DNA from: a virus
DNA length: 64,000 bases
Direction: 5' to 3' (one strand)
IMG/VR virus record: IMGVR_UViG_3300012277_000051
Coordinates: 4,041-68,040 of that record
Of the stretch, positions 1 through 8,266 are shown piece after piece; positions within the stretch are counted from its first letter, which is position 1; each line of letters begins with the position of its first letter. The position numbers were made by a program, and so were the translations under genes. Below the pieces are notes generated by a model. That model ran no database searches. It was given only the letters and a program-made list of their open reading frames with translations, and was not told the DNA's origin.

Positions 1-565
1 AAGTCATAAGTATTATTGGGATAAAGACACATCAAGCAATATTCATTATTATAATGGTTGGAAGACAAACAAAAGTTGGTTCATTAATGAAAAGGTCATA
101 ATACCCCTTTCAAGTTGGGATTCAATATGGAATCAGTTTAGAATAAACGATTATAAGATCGTAAGAAAATTACAGGATATCGAAAAGTGCTTCAATTATC
201 TTGACGGTGGATTAACTGATGCTATTGACTTAAAAGAAACATTGGAATTCTCACAGGAGTACGGTGAGACAAGGAATATCACTCTAAAGTATTTCAACAT
301 AACATTTTATAAAAAGGGAACCTGCCATATTACATTTACTAATCCAGAACTATTAAAGAAGTTCAATATTTTCGGTTCACAGAAAAAAGGCTGGCTTCCT
401 CCTTCTTATGGTAAGAAGCAGTACAAGGACATGACATCAGAAGAAAAGGCTGTAGTAAACGAATTTGAGGGCGAGAAAGAGTATAGCAAGGTAATGAGTG
501 ACACTAAGTATTATCTATTCGACGGAAACAGCAGTATAAACTTATTAGAAGACAAGACAGCATAA
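1..565 (+). CDS. C-terminal part of a larger ORF that enters from upstream of the window; function unknown
   Basis: Open frame continuous from position 2 with no start in window; ends at the TAA at 563-565. Confidence 0.4.
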   Translation, partial: SHKYYWDKDTSSNIHYYNGWKTNKSWFINEKVIIPLSSWDSIWNQFRINDYKIVRKLQDIEKCFNYLDGGLTDAIDLKETLEFSQEYGETRNITLKYFNITFYKKGTCHITFTNPELLKKFNIFGSQKKGWLPPSYGKKQYKDMTSEEKAVVNEFEGEKEYSKVMSDTKYYLFDGNSSINLLEDKTA

Positions 566-611
566 AAGCGGATAAAAAGTAAGTTTCATTTGATGAATGG
601 AGGAAAATAAA

Positions 612-908
612 ATGATTTCAAATTTATCTCAATTAAAGAAAGCAATTAACAATGGGGCAATGTTCAAAATAATTAAACACTACATTAAGCCAGAATATGC
701 TGGACAGATAAGAAAGCCAAACAAAATTCAGACCAATGGATTATACTCTATTGTTCCAGGCGAACCAGATAACCTAGTAACCAAAGCAAATGGTGGAAGA
801 GGTTCATGGATAGAATATGGTAAAGCAAGTGATTGGACTTTTGAAAATGGAATCTGTACACAATACTGTCATGGTAGGGCTGTATGGGAAATTACAATTG
901 TAGAATAG
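612..908 (+). CDS. hypothetical protein
   Basis: ORF track 597..908; GGAGG 8 nt upstream of the ATG at 612. Confidence 0.45.
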   Translation: MISNLSQLKKAINNGAMFKIIKHYIKPEYAGQIRKPNKIQTNGLYSIVPGEPDNLVTKANGGRGSWIEYGKASDWTFENGICTQYCHGRAVWEITIVE

Positions 909-969
909 AATAAAATGCACGTTTCCTTTGGATGAGTATGTAGAATTCTGTAATATTTGTTTAATAGTA

Positions 970-998
970 TTGTAAGTAGCAACATTTTATTATAATAT
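970..998 (+). promoter_or_regulatory. sigma70-like promoter candidate (TTGTAA-N17-TAATAT) upstream of the GGDEF gene
   Basis: -35/-10 spacing read from the sequence. Confidence 0.3.
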
Positions 999-1041
999 AA
1001 CGTTAAGACTTTATTATAATATGTTTTAGGAGATTCAATAT

Positions 1042-1920
1042 ATGATTGAAAAGATAACTTTAAATAAATTACAGAAGAATTTAGATTTTTTTCATAAAAT
1101 GTATGACGTGGTACGACTTATAGATCCCATTAATAAAAGAGTAATAGAATACCGTAGCAATGGTACAGAGCAGACAAACGAAATTTGCTACTCTTATTGG
1201 GTAAGTGGACAGATTTGTGAAAACTGCGTTTCAATGAGAGCACATCGTGAACAGAAGAGTTTTATAAAATTAGAGCATAGCCCAAAGGCAGTTATACTGG
1301 TTACAGCCATACCGATAGATTCAGTCCAAGAACCCGTAGTTTTGGAGCTATTTAAAAATGCAACAGATACTATGATGATTGGCTCAGGCGAGTATAGCAA
1401 AGGAGAGGTATTATTTAATGCTGTCCAGGATATGAGCAACATGATAATCCGAGACGAACTGACATCTCTATACAATCGTAGATTTATTGAAGAACGTTTG
1501 CCGGCCGACATCGTAACTGCCGTAACTAAACAAAAACCATTGTCATTAATTTTCATAGATATCGATAATATGAAAATAACAAATGATACTTGGGGTCATC
1601 CTGCTGGAGACAAACTCTTAAAATGTGCATCGAAAATAATTCAAGGAAGTATTCGAAGTGAAACAGATTGGGTTGCTCGATACGGAGGGGATGAATTTCT
1701 AGTATGTCTAAATAATGCTAATAATGAGGCTGCACTTCGTGTTTCTAAACAGATTGAGAATAATTTTAGAAAAGCTATGCTTTCTGTAGAAGATATTGAA
1801 ATAACGATTATGGCATCACTTGGCGTAATTACAATGCCAAAGTCAGGATTAACAGCGGAAGAGCTAATAACTTTGGCCGATAAAAATATGTATGTTTCAA
1901 AAGAACTTAATAGAAGTTAA
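1042..1920 (+). CDS. GGDEF-domain diguanylate cyclase with an N-terminal Cys-rich sensor-like domain
   Basis: C-terminal domain contains RYGGDEFLV (intact GGDEF), the DIDNMKxxND and GHPAGD motifs typical of the GGDEF fold. Confidence 0.85.
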   Translation: MIEKITLNKLQKNLDFFHKMYDVVRLIDPINKRVIEYRSNGTEQTNEICYSYWVSGQICENCVSMRAHREQKSFIKLEHSPKAVILVTAIPIDSVQEPVVLELFKNATDTMMIGSGEYSKGEVLFNAVQDMSNMIIRDELTSLYNRRFIEERLPADIVTAVTKQKPLSLIFIDIDNMKITNDTWGHPAGDKLLKCASKIIQGSIRSETDWVARYGGDEFLVCLNNANNEAALRVSKQIENNFRKAMLSVEDIEITIMASLGVITMPKSGLTAEELITLADKNMYVSKELNRS

Positions 1921-1954
1921 AGAGTAAATGTGAAAATTCCATAATCTAAACTAA

Positions 1955-1988
1955 GCAATCGGAGAATATATAACCGGTTGCTTTTATT
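1955..1988 (+). terminator. rho-independent terminator (8-bp stem with one G-U pair, then a T-run)
   Basis: gcaatcgg...ccggttgc followed by ttttatt. Confidence 0.5.
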
Positions 1989-2090
1989 ATGCTTAAAATC
2001 AGATAAATAAAATACATGTTTCTTTAACTAACAATAAGAAAGGAATTGTAATATGAAAAAATTGTAAATATCAATATATGTAAGGTTAAG

Positions 2091-2119
2091 TTGACAATGG
2101 AATGGTATTATGATAATAT
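2091..2119 (+). promoter_or_regulatory. sigma70-like promoter TTGACA-N17-TAATAT for the XRE/def operon, flanked by TAAGGTTAA direct repeats
   Basis: Consensus -35; repeat copies at about 2081 and 2127. Confidence 0.45.
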
Positions 2120-2165
2120 TTTCCTGTAAGGTTAACGTTACATATAGGAAGGTAGAACAAACATA

Positions 2166-2420
2166 ATGAAAAATAAAGTTCGTCAATTGCGAGAAGTATT
2201 GGGTATGACTCAAGAACAATTGGGTGAAAAAGTAGGAACATCAAGACAGGCCATAAATGCAATTGAAACAGAAAAAAATGAGCCATCCATATGGCTTGCG
2301 CATGACATAGCACAAGTGTTCAATGTACCGATTGAAAGTGTTTTCTTATTTGAAGAAAGTGAACGAAAATCACGTGCGGATATCAGTAGGAGGTTTGCAT
2401 ATGGCACTAAGAGAAATTAG
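2166..2420 (+). CDS. XRE-family helix-turn-helix transcriptional regulator (Cro/CI-like)
   Basis: LREVLGMTQEQLGEKVGTSRQAINAIETEKNEPS HTH signature; RBS aggaagg. Confidence 0.85.
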   Translation: MKNKVRQLREVLGMTQEQLGEKVGTSRQAINAIETEKNEPSIWLAHDIAQVFNVPIESVFLFEESERKSRADISRRFAYGTKRN

Positions 2421-2859
2421 AATGGTTGATGATCAAATTTTACGCAAAGTAAGCAAACATGTTGATAAGGTTGATGATCATACTAGAGAAACTCTTAACG
2501 ATATGGTAGAGACAATGTATAATACAGAAAATGGAGGTGGATTAGCCGCGTGTCAAGTCGGTATATTGCGCCGTTTAGTTGTAATTGATATGGGCCAAGG
2601 CTTATTAAAGTTGGTTAACCCTCAAATTGTTGAATCTGAAGGAGAGCAACTGGTTATTGAGGGGTGCTTAAGCTGTCCAGGTATATGGGGCAGAGTACGG
2701 AGACCAAAAAGAGTATTAGTTAAGGCACTTGATGAAAATGGAGAAGCTATAACAATTGAGGCTTTTGATGAATTTGCAAAGTGCCTTTGCCATGAAACTG
2801 ACCATTTAGATGGAGTTTTATTTACAGATAAAATAATTGAGTATTTAGACATCAAATAG
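2401..2859 (+). CDS. def: peptide deformylase
   Basis: GGGLAACQVG (motif I), EGCLS (motif II), CHETDHLDG (HExxH motif III); start moved to the internal ATG at 2401 with an AGGAGG RBS. Confidence 0.85.
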   Translation: MALREIRMVDDQILRKVSKHVDKVDDHTRETLNDMVETMYNTENGGGLAACQVGILRRLVVIDMGQGLLKLVNPQIVESEGEQLVIEGCLSCPGIWGRVRRPKRVLVKALDENGEAITIEAFDEFAKCLCHETDHLDGVLFTDKIIEYLDIK

Positions 2860-2926
2860 TTTTCGAATTGCATTGTAGCATATAACTGCCAACTAACATA
2901 GCAGTTTTTGAATGCGGCTTTAAAAA

Positions 2927-2960
2927 CCTTCCAATGGTAGTGAGATTGGAAGGTTTTTTG
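2927..2960 (+). terminator. rho-independent terminator
   Basis: ccttccaat/attggaagg 9-bp stem then tttttt. Confidence 0.6.
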
Positions 2961-3009
2961 TGAATGCAAATTGAGACAATGAAAAATAGATTTTAAAGAG
3001 GAAAACAAA

Positions 3010-3264
3010 ATGTTAGTACAAAAACATAGAGAATATGAAAAAAGTAGTAAGGAAGGTTGTTTTTCCGTTGGTCAAAGTTTGAAAGAAATATATTCTGATT
3101 TAAATAGGTATTGTGAATTACATTCAAATAAAAGTGTTTGGTACTATATACACAAAGTCAGGCCAAGTAAGATTAATCTTCGACCAGAGTATATGATGGA
3201 AATTGAATTAATCACAAAAGAAAATAGCGGTTATATAATGATAGGATACGAAAAAGCACAATAA
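3010..3264 (+). CDS. hypothetical protein
   Basis: ORF track; RBS gaggaaa. Confidence 0.45.
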   Translation: MLVQKHREYEKSSKEGCFSVGQSLKEIYSDLNRYCELHSNKSVWYYIHKVRPSKINLRPEYMMEIELITKENSGYIMIGYEKAQ

Positions 3265-3297
3265 AAGACAGGATTTATTTAAGAAAGGAGAATAATC

Positions 3298-3492
3298 ATG
3301 GTTAAAAAAGAAAAAGTAAAAATTGTGACAGAAGATATTAGAATGGGAGGAGAAAATGGGAGTTATAAAGCTTCATCTTCTTTTGGCGGTGGATATGATG
3401 ATTTTCAATTTCCATTAACAGTATCATTTTATGAACATGGAAATTACACTGTTAGAATTGAAGGGAAGAAAGCCATTGTTGAAAAAATATAG
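3298..3492 (+). CDS. hypothetical protein
   Basis: ORF track; RBS aaggagaa. Confidence 0.45.
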   Translation: MVKKEKVKIVTEDIRMGGENGSYKASSSFGGGYDDFQFPLTVSFYEHGNYTVRIEGKKAIVEKI

Positions 3493-3540
3493 TAACATCC
3501 ATAGTTATCGGTAAACTAAAACCGTTAGAAAGGCAAGGAT

Positions 3541-3732
3541 ATGTTTGAATTACGAAACTATATCATTAATGAATTTCCAGCAGCTTTTACAACACCATAC
3601 AGTAGAGAAATGCTAGATAATATTTTAGAAGAATCTGAAAAGATTGAAAGTATAAGCGCAAGGTGTGAATGGATAAGTATGATGATTCCAGAAATCAGAT
3701 TAAATGAAATAAGGGATATTTTATTACAATAA
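3541..3732 (+). CDS. hypothetical protein
   Basis: ORF track; RBS aaggcaagg. Confidence 0.4.
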   Translation: MFELRNYIINEFPAAFTTPYSREMLDNILEESEKIESISARCEWISMMIPEIRLNEIRDILLQ

Positions 3733-3766
3733 AAAGCACATTTTATTAATAAATAAGGAGGTAATC

Positions 3767-4003
3767 ATGGCGAACACGGTTAGAAACTATGAAAATACAT
3801 ACAGTTATGGAACTGCAACACATAAGACTAAAACAACTCAATTAAATAAGTACCGTAAAATCATAGGAAGCATTTTATTATTGCTTTCTATTTTTGTACT
3901 CTTTATGCTGCCAGACCAGGACGGAAACTGGACGCTGGCAGCATTGCTGATAATTGTAAGCGCAGTTTTATTTGCACAGACCGGAGGATTAAAACATGAA
4001 TAG
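3767..4003 (+). CDS. small membrane protein (two predicted TM helices)
   Basis: Hydrophobic stretches IIGSILLLLSIFVLFML and LAALLIIVSAVLF; RBS aaggagg. Confidence 0.5.
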   Translation: MANTVRNYENTYSYGTATHKTKTTQLNKYRKIIGSILLLLSIFVLFMLPDQDGNWTLAALLIIVSAVLFAQTGGLKHE

Positions 4004-4297
4004 CGATATAAAATTTCATTACATGAAAAACAAGGAAGGGAAAATTGAAATGTATGCAAATGGTATATACATATCTACATTTGATAACTTCACGGAAATT
4101 CTCGCCTTACATAGCCTTATATCTTAATACATAGCCTTGTCGGTAATCCGAAAGGATAGGCCGTGCTGCGAAAGTAAACAAGGCATTCCCGGCAGTCTAA
4201 AAGTGATTGCTGCTTACCACGGAGAATTAGTGGTCGATCTGGCTTAGGTCACTAACCGCACATAATTAGCGGTAGATTATTATAGGAGGTGTTTCGT
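4004..4297 (+). ncRNA. about 290-nt non-coding leader with direct repeats TACATAGCCTT x2 (about 4108 and 4128) and hairpins; candidate cis-regulatory RNA or operator region
   Basis: No credible ORF on either strand; repeats 20 bp apart; hairpins ttagtg...cactaa and accgc...gcggt immediately before the RBS of the 4298 gene. Confidence 0.3.
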
Positions 4298-4486
4298 ATG
4301 GGATATGGAGAATTAGAGCAATGTAAGGACTTTGACAAGCTGAAGGCAGTGTTTGATAATGATATGCTTGGATACTGTGAAAGGCAGCTAGAGGTGTATT
4401 TAAGCGGATCTGAGGAAAGGTCAGCGGTTGTTTGTTGGTGGGAAGGTATGATGAGCACTGATGATTTTATTGAGATGTGTAGTTAA
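4298..4486 (+). CDS. hypothetical protein
   Basis: ATG 7 nt after taggaggtg; the track's 4289 GTG start overlaps the RBS. Confidence 0.45.
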   Translation: MGYGELEQCKDFDKLKAVFDNDMLGYCERQLEVYLSGSEERSAVVCWWEGMMSTDDFIEMCS

Positions 4487-4509
4487 TAGATGAGGTATGG
4501 GAGGTTATT

Positions 4510-4746
4510 ATGTTAGAAATTACAAAGAAAAATTGGAAATATATTAAAGTAAAAGGAAAGTGTCCACGTTGTGGGAATAAGGTTGCAATTGGTAGTTGCG
4601 GGTTTTATGGAGAACCTGGATCATATGAATTTCTTCCAGTTTGCACCAACGAAGATTGTGAAGAAGCATATGGATATGGTGGGACAATTAAAATAAGATT
4701 CATAAATCATAGAACGGTAAAAATAGATGGATTGTGGGAAGCATAG
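4510..4746 (+). CDS. zinc-ribbon protein (CPRCG...C...C)
   Basis: ORF track; CxxC pair; RBS gggagg. Confidence 0.45.
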   Translation: MLEITKKNWKYIKVKGKCPRCGNKVAIGSCGFYGEPGSYEFLPVCTNEDCEEAYGYGGTIKIRFINHRTVKIDGLWEA

Positions 4747-5015
4747 AGGCAGAAAAACTTTTGCTCACGAGTGCTTTTATTGGAGTAAGGTATGGTAATG
4801 AGGAAATAGGGAAATATGTTGCTATGAAGTTTAATTGGATACTTACTTTATTGAAAGGAGAATATATGAACCCAATTGATATACCGTTAAAAGAGATACG
4901 CGAATGGTTTGTTTATGCTAAAGAGTATAAATGGATTGAAAATAAATATGATATCACTAGAGAACAGATTGAAGAATGTATTCAAAGGTACGTTGAAGAA
5001 GTAATGAGCAAATAG
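4734..5015 (+). CDS. hypothetical protein (start uncertain; an internal ATG at 4866 has a better RBS)
   Basis: ORF track. Confidence 0.3.
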   Translation: MGSIEAEKLLLTSAFIGVRYGNEEIGKYVAMKFNWILTLLKGEYMNPIDIPLKEIREWFVYAKEYKWIENKYDITREQIEECIQRYVEEVMSK

Positions 5016-5043
5016 AATGCTGATTTGAAAGGAGAGTTTAAAA

Positions 5044-5202
5044 ATGACGTTCAAAAAATGGTTTAAAAAAAAATATAACCCACAAAAAGATGATGATTAT
5101 TTATTGTATAAGTATGAGTTTGATTTACTTTATCTTTCATATGTTTCATATTGTAAAGAAAAAGGTATGATATATCAAAAAGAAAGTGAAGCCTTGATGT
5201 AA
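5044..5202 (+). CDS. small hypothetical protein (52 aa), not in the ORF track
   Basis: ATG 7 nt after aaaggagag; open to the TAA. Confidence 0.3.
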   Translation: MTFKKWFKKKYNPQKDDDYLLYKYEFDLLYLSYVSYCKEKGMIYQKESEALM

Positions 5203-5246
5203 AGAGCCAACAAAAGAGATATTTTAAGGAGGAGTGATTTTGATTA

Positions 5247-5435
5247 ATGTGTACATGGTGTGATGAGTTAAACGAAGAAAAAGAGAAGATAACAACGGAT
5301 ACAATCAAGCTTTCACGTTCTGGTTATTATAATTATCGAATTCCAATATATTGCTGTCCTGTCTGTGGTGATAAGCTAAAGAAATATGAGGGATATTCGT
5401 TAGAACAGTTATTGAATGGTTGCGCGCCACAATAG
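5247..5435 (+). CDS. zinc-ribbon protein (CxxC...CPVCG)
   Basis: ORF track; RBS aaggagg. Confidence 0.45.
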   Translation: MCTWCDELNEEKEKITTDTIKLSRSGYYNYRIPIYCCPVCGDKLKKYEGYSLEQLLNGCAPQ

Positions 5436-5509
5436 GTACATATATCCACAATTTCAAATTAGAAAGGAAGTGAATTTCCAAAAGAAGAATTTTTAAGAAT
5501 AATTGATAA

Positions 5510-5545
5510 AACCCAACTACCTTGATTTTGTAGTTGGGTTTTTAT
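5510..5545 (+). terminator. rho-independent terminator upstream of the integrase; a possible attP lies in the 5450-5620 non-coding stretch
   Basis: aacccaactac...gtagttgggtt stem then ttttta. Confidence 0.55.
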
Positions 5546-5623
5546 AGTATCAAATTAATTTAACGAAATTTATTAATAAAACAATCATTTATTGCAAGTA
5601 GGATTCTGAATGGAGGTAATATC

Positions 5624-6652
5624 ATGACATACCATGAACAAAACGATATCCAGAATATAAAGAAACTCAGATGTATTATATCCTCATTGCCAGATTATTG
5701 CGAAGACTTCTTTCGAGGGATTGAGCCGAGAACTTCTTCCAAGACAAGGATTGCTTATGCAACGGATCTGAAGTTGTTTTTCGATTATCTATTCAGAAGC
5801 GGTCAAGCTTCAGACATTGATTCAATCACTCTTGATATGCTATCAAGTTTGAAAATCATAGACTTTGAAAAATATATGGAGTGGCTAAAATGTTGGACTG
5901 ATAAATCTGGTAATGAAAACGTCAACGGAGAGAAAGCTATTGCAAGAAAGTTGTCTACTTTAAAAGCCTTCTACAAATATTTTCAGCAGAACGAAAGGAT
6001 AATTACTAATTCAGCATCACTTGTGCAGCCACCAAAATTGCACGACAAAGAGATTATACGACTTGATAGCGACGAAATGAAGGCATTTATTCAGGCGGTA
6101 GAAACCGGTGGGAGTTTAAATGGTAGAGAGCGAGCCTTCTTTGAAATAACACGGAAGCGTGACCTTGCAATAATTATATTACTACTTACTACTGGAATCA
6201 GGGTATCTGAATGTGTGGGGCTAGATATTGACAATGTGGACATAAAAAATAGCGGGATCAAAGTATTTCGTAAAGGTGGAAAGGAATCTACTGTTTATTT
6301 CAGTGATGATACCAAAGAAGTATTAGAGTCTTATATAGAAGAACGGAAACAGGTGGAATCAATCAAAGGGCATGAAAATGCTCTATTTTTATCTTCACAG
6401 AACAAACGGATTTCTACCAGAAGTGTAGAGGGCATAGTTCCAAAGTATGCAAAGTTGGCAGGAATCAAGAAGAACGTTACTCCTCATACGCTGCGTAGAA
6501 GCTATGGAACAGCTCTATATAACGCTACAGGAGACATTTATCTTGTGGCTGGTACTTTGGGTCATGCAGATATCAACACCGCAAAACGGCACTATGTAGT
6601 ACTGGAAGATGAGAGAAAAAGAGATAATAGGAATGCTGTTAAATTAAGATAA
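5624..6652 (+). CDS. int: tyrosine recombinase / phage integrase (XerC/D-like)
   Basis: C-terminal HTLRRSYGTALY...LGHADINTAKRHY (R-H-R-Y catalytic motif); N-terminal SAM-like core-binding domain. Confidence 0.9.
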   Translation: MTYHEQNDIQNIKKLRCIISSLPDYCEDFFRGIEPRTSSKTRIAYATDLKLFFDYLFRSGQASDIDSITLDMLSSLKIIDFEKYMEWLKCWTDKSGNENVNGEKAIARKLSTLKAFYKYFQQNERIITNSASLVQPPKLHDKEIIRLDSDEMKAFIQAVETGGSLNGRERAFFEITRKRDLAIIILLLTTGIRVSECVGLDIDNVDIKNSGIKVFRKGGKESTVYFSDDTKEVLESYIEERKQVESIKGHENALFLSSQNKRISTRSVEGIVPKYAKLAGIKKNVTPHTLRRSYGTALYNATGDIYLVAGTLGHADINTAKRHYVVLEDERKRDNRNAVKLR

Positions 6653-6687
6653 AAGACATGTTTAATTAGAAGGGAGAAATAATAGTA

Positions 6688-6825
6688 TGAACAAGAATAA
6701 TCAGCCGGTGTTAAATCCCGGAGACAAGATAATTTATAATGAAAACGATCCGCATGTATGGTATGATAATATAAAAGAAGCACTTGAAAACGCAGGACTT
6801 ACATTGTCAAAGGAGGTAGCATAGT
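6688..6825 (+). CDS. small hypothetical protein (45 aa), not in the ORF track
   Basis: ATG after aagggagaaataatagt; plus-strand, non-overlapping. Confidence 0.3.
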
Positions 6826-7069
6826 GGCAGGACTTATTGTTATTATTTTAATCTTTGCATATTACAAATATGCAACCCGAAGGCCGAAATATGGAACACA
6901 AGAATATCTTGATTGGAAATATAAAGATATGCCAGGAGATAAGGAATATTGGAAAGCAATAGAAAAAAAGAATATGGGCTGCACATACGGTGATATTCCA
7001 ATGACTCCATCTGAAAAGGCAGCTTATAATAAAGTGGAAAAAGAAAATGGAAGATCTGGAATTGAATAA
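6824..7069 (+). CDS. small membrane-anchored protein
   Basis: GTG start after aaggaggtagcata; N-terminal TM helix. Confidence 0.4.
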   Translation: MAGLIVIILIFAYYKYATRRPKYGTQEYLDWKYKDMPGDKEYWKAIEKKNMGCTYGDIPMTPSEKAAYNKVEKENGRSGIE

Positions 7070-7080
7070 CTTTTGAACAG

Positions 7081-7106
7081 AGGACTAAGAAATTAGTCCT
7101 TTTTTC
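7081..7106 (+). terminator. rho-independent terminator
   Basis: aggactaa-gaaa-ttagtcct then ttttt. Confidence 0.65.
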
Positions 7107-7138
7107 GTGCAACAAAATATGGAAAAGGAGATGTGACT

Positions 7139-8266
7139 ATGGAAAATAGAAGCTGGAGTTATACGGTGGAAGACGTTATCAAAAGAATGAATAAGAAAAC
7201 ATTATCTTTTGACTTCCCGATCCAGAGGGAGTCGGGGCAGTGGGACAAAGAGCAGAAGAGTTTATTTATAGACACTATATTTAACGGGTACTTGGTGCCA
7301 GAAGTTTACATTATTAAGGAAGGAACCGATGATTTTTGCCCCATGTCGGTTCTTGATGGTAAGCAGAGGCTTACAACCATCTACGATTATTACAATGATG
7401 GATTTAAGTTATCAAAAGATTTAGATTCAATTACTATAAATGACTTTAGATTCGATGATGAAAAAAATAGGATTGATAATATCAAGACTTATGAAATAGC
7501 GAATAAATCGTACTCACAGCTTGACGATTCACTGAAAGAGATTTTTAAGAGTTTTAAGATTAATGCTAAATTGCTGGCAGGTTATACAGATGAGCAAGTA
7601 GAGGAACAGTTCTACAGGCTGAATAATGGTAGTGTATTTACAAAGGCACAGAAAGCCACCGTAAAACTTGGTACAGAACTTGCAGGGAAGATTAAAGAGA
7701 TTGAAGAAAATGACTTCTTTACAAATCGTGCCTGCTTTACCAATTCTCAGAAGAAACGTGGAGAGGTTACGAGCTGTATTTTACAGACGCTTATGTTGCT
7801 GACTGGATATAATTACAAGAATTTTGGGGCGAATGAAGTATTAAAATTTGCTGAATATTTTAACGAAAATCCAGACTATAAGCAACTGGAATACTGTAGT
7901 GAACTCTTTGATAAATTATTTTCGGTTCTTCCATACAGCGAAGATATTGATAAGCAATTAAAGAAAATACATATCCCTATGCTGATTATGAACCTTGACG
8001 CTATCGACGGTTTAGACGTGGACTATGAGCTTACAGATGACGAATACAAGGCGTTCTTAAACAAATGGTTTGAGGTATGGAATGAAACATCTGGATACAC
8101 TGATTTCTGTGGCACAGGCTCCACAGGCAAGTCCAAGGTGGAAGGCAGAGTTTCAATCATGACCAGGGAATTAAGGGATTATGTAATCAAATTATCTATA
8201 AAAAATGGAAACGAGGAAAATGATTATGGAGAAGAGGAAGATTTCAGAACTGAAACCGCATCCTAA
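7139..8266 (+). CDS. DUF262-family ParB/Srx-fold protein (GmrSD N-terminal-like)
   Basis: DGKQRLTT motif (the DUF262 DGQQR signature) about 75 aa from the N-terminus; ATG at 7139, 8 nt after aaaggag. Confidence 0.65.
   Translation: MENRSWSYTVEDVIKRMNKKTLSFDFPIQRESGQWDKEQKSLFIDTIFNGYLVPEVYIIKEGTDDFCPMSVLDGKQRLTTIYDYYNDGFKLSKDLDSITINDFRFDDEKNRIDNIKTYEIANKSYSQLDDSLKEIFKSFKINAKLLAGYTDEQVEEQFYRLNNGSVFTKAQKATVKLGTELAGKIKEIEENDFFTNRACFTNSQKKRGEVTSCILQTLMLLTGYNYKNFGANEVLKFAEYFNENPDYKQLEYCSELFDKLFSVLPYSEDIDKQLKKIHIPMLIMNLDAIDGLDVDYELTDDEYKAFLNKWFEVWNETSGYTDFCGTGSTGKSKVEGRVSIMTRELRDYVIKLSIKNGNEENDYGEEEDFRTETAS

Noticed and set aside
1194-1556. Minus-strand 120-aa ORF inside the GGDEF gene, and the many similar antisense ORFs in the track (for example 2028-2313, 2622-3008, 27320-27850, 39861-40217, 43136-43456, 45335-45655, 55492-55839, 58632-59189, 61251-61712)
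   Set aside because: They lie opposite well-supported plus-strand genes, have no RBS and have low-complexity Ser/Leu/Ile-rich translations. They are antisense artefacts of AT-rich DNA.
4004-4297. c-di-GMP (GEMM) riboswitch downstream of the diguanylate cyclase block
   Set aside because: I could not find the conserved GGCAAACC or GACGCAAAGCC-type elements by eye. It is kept only as a generic structured leader.
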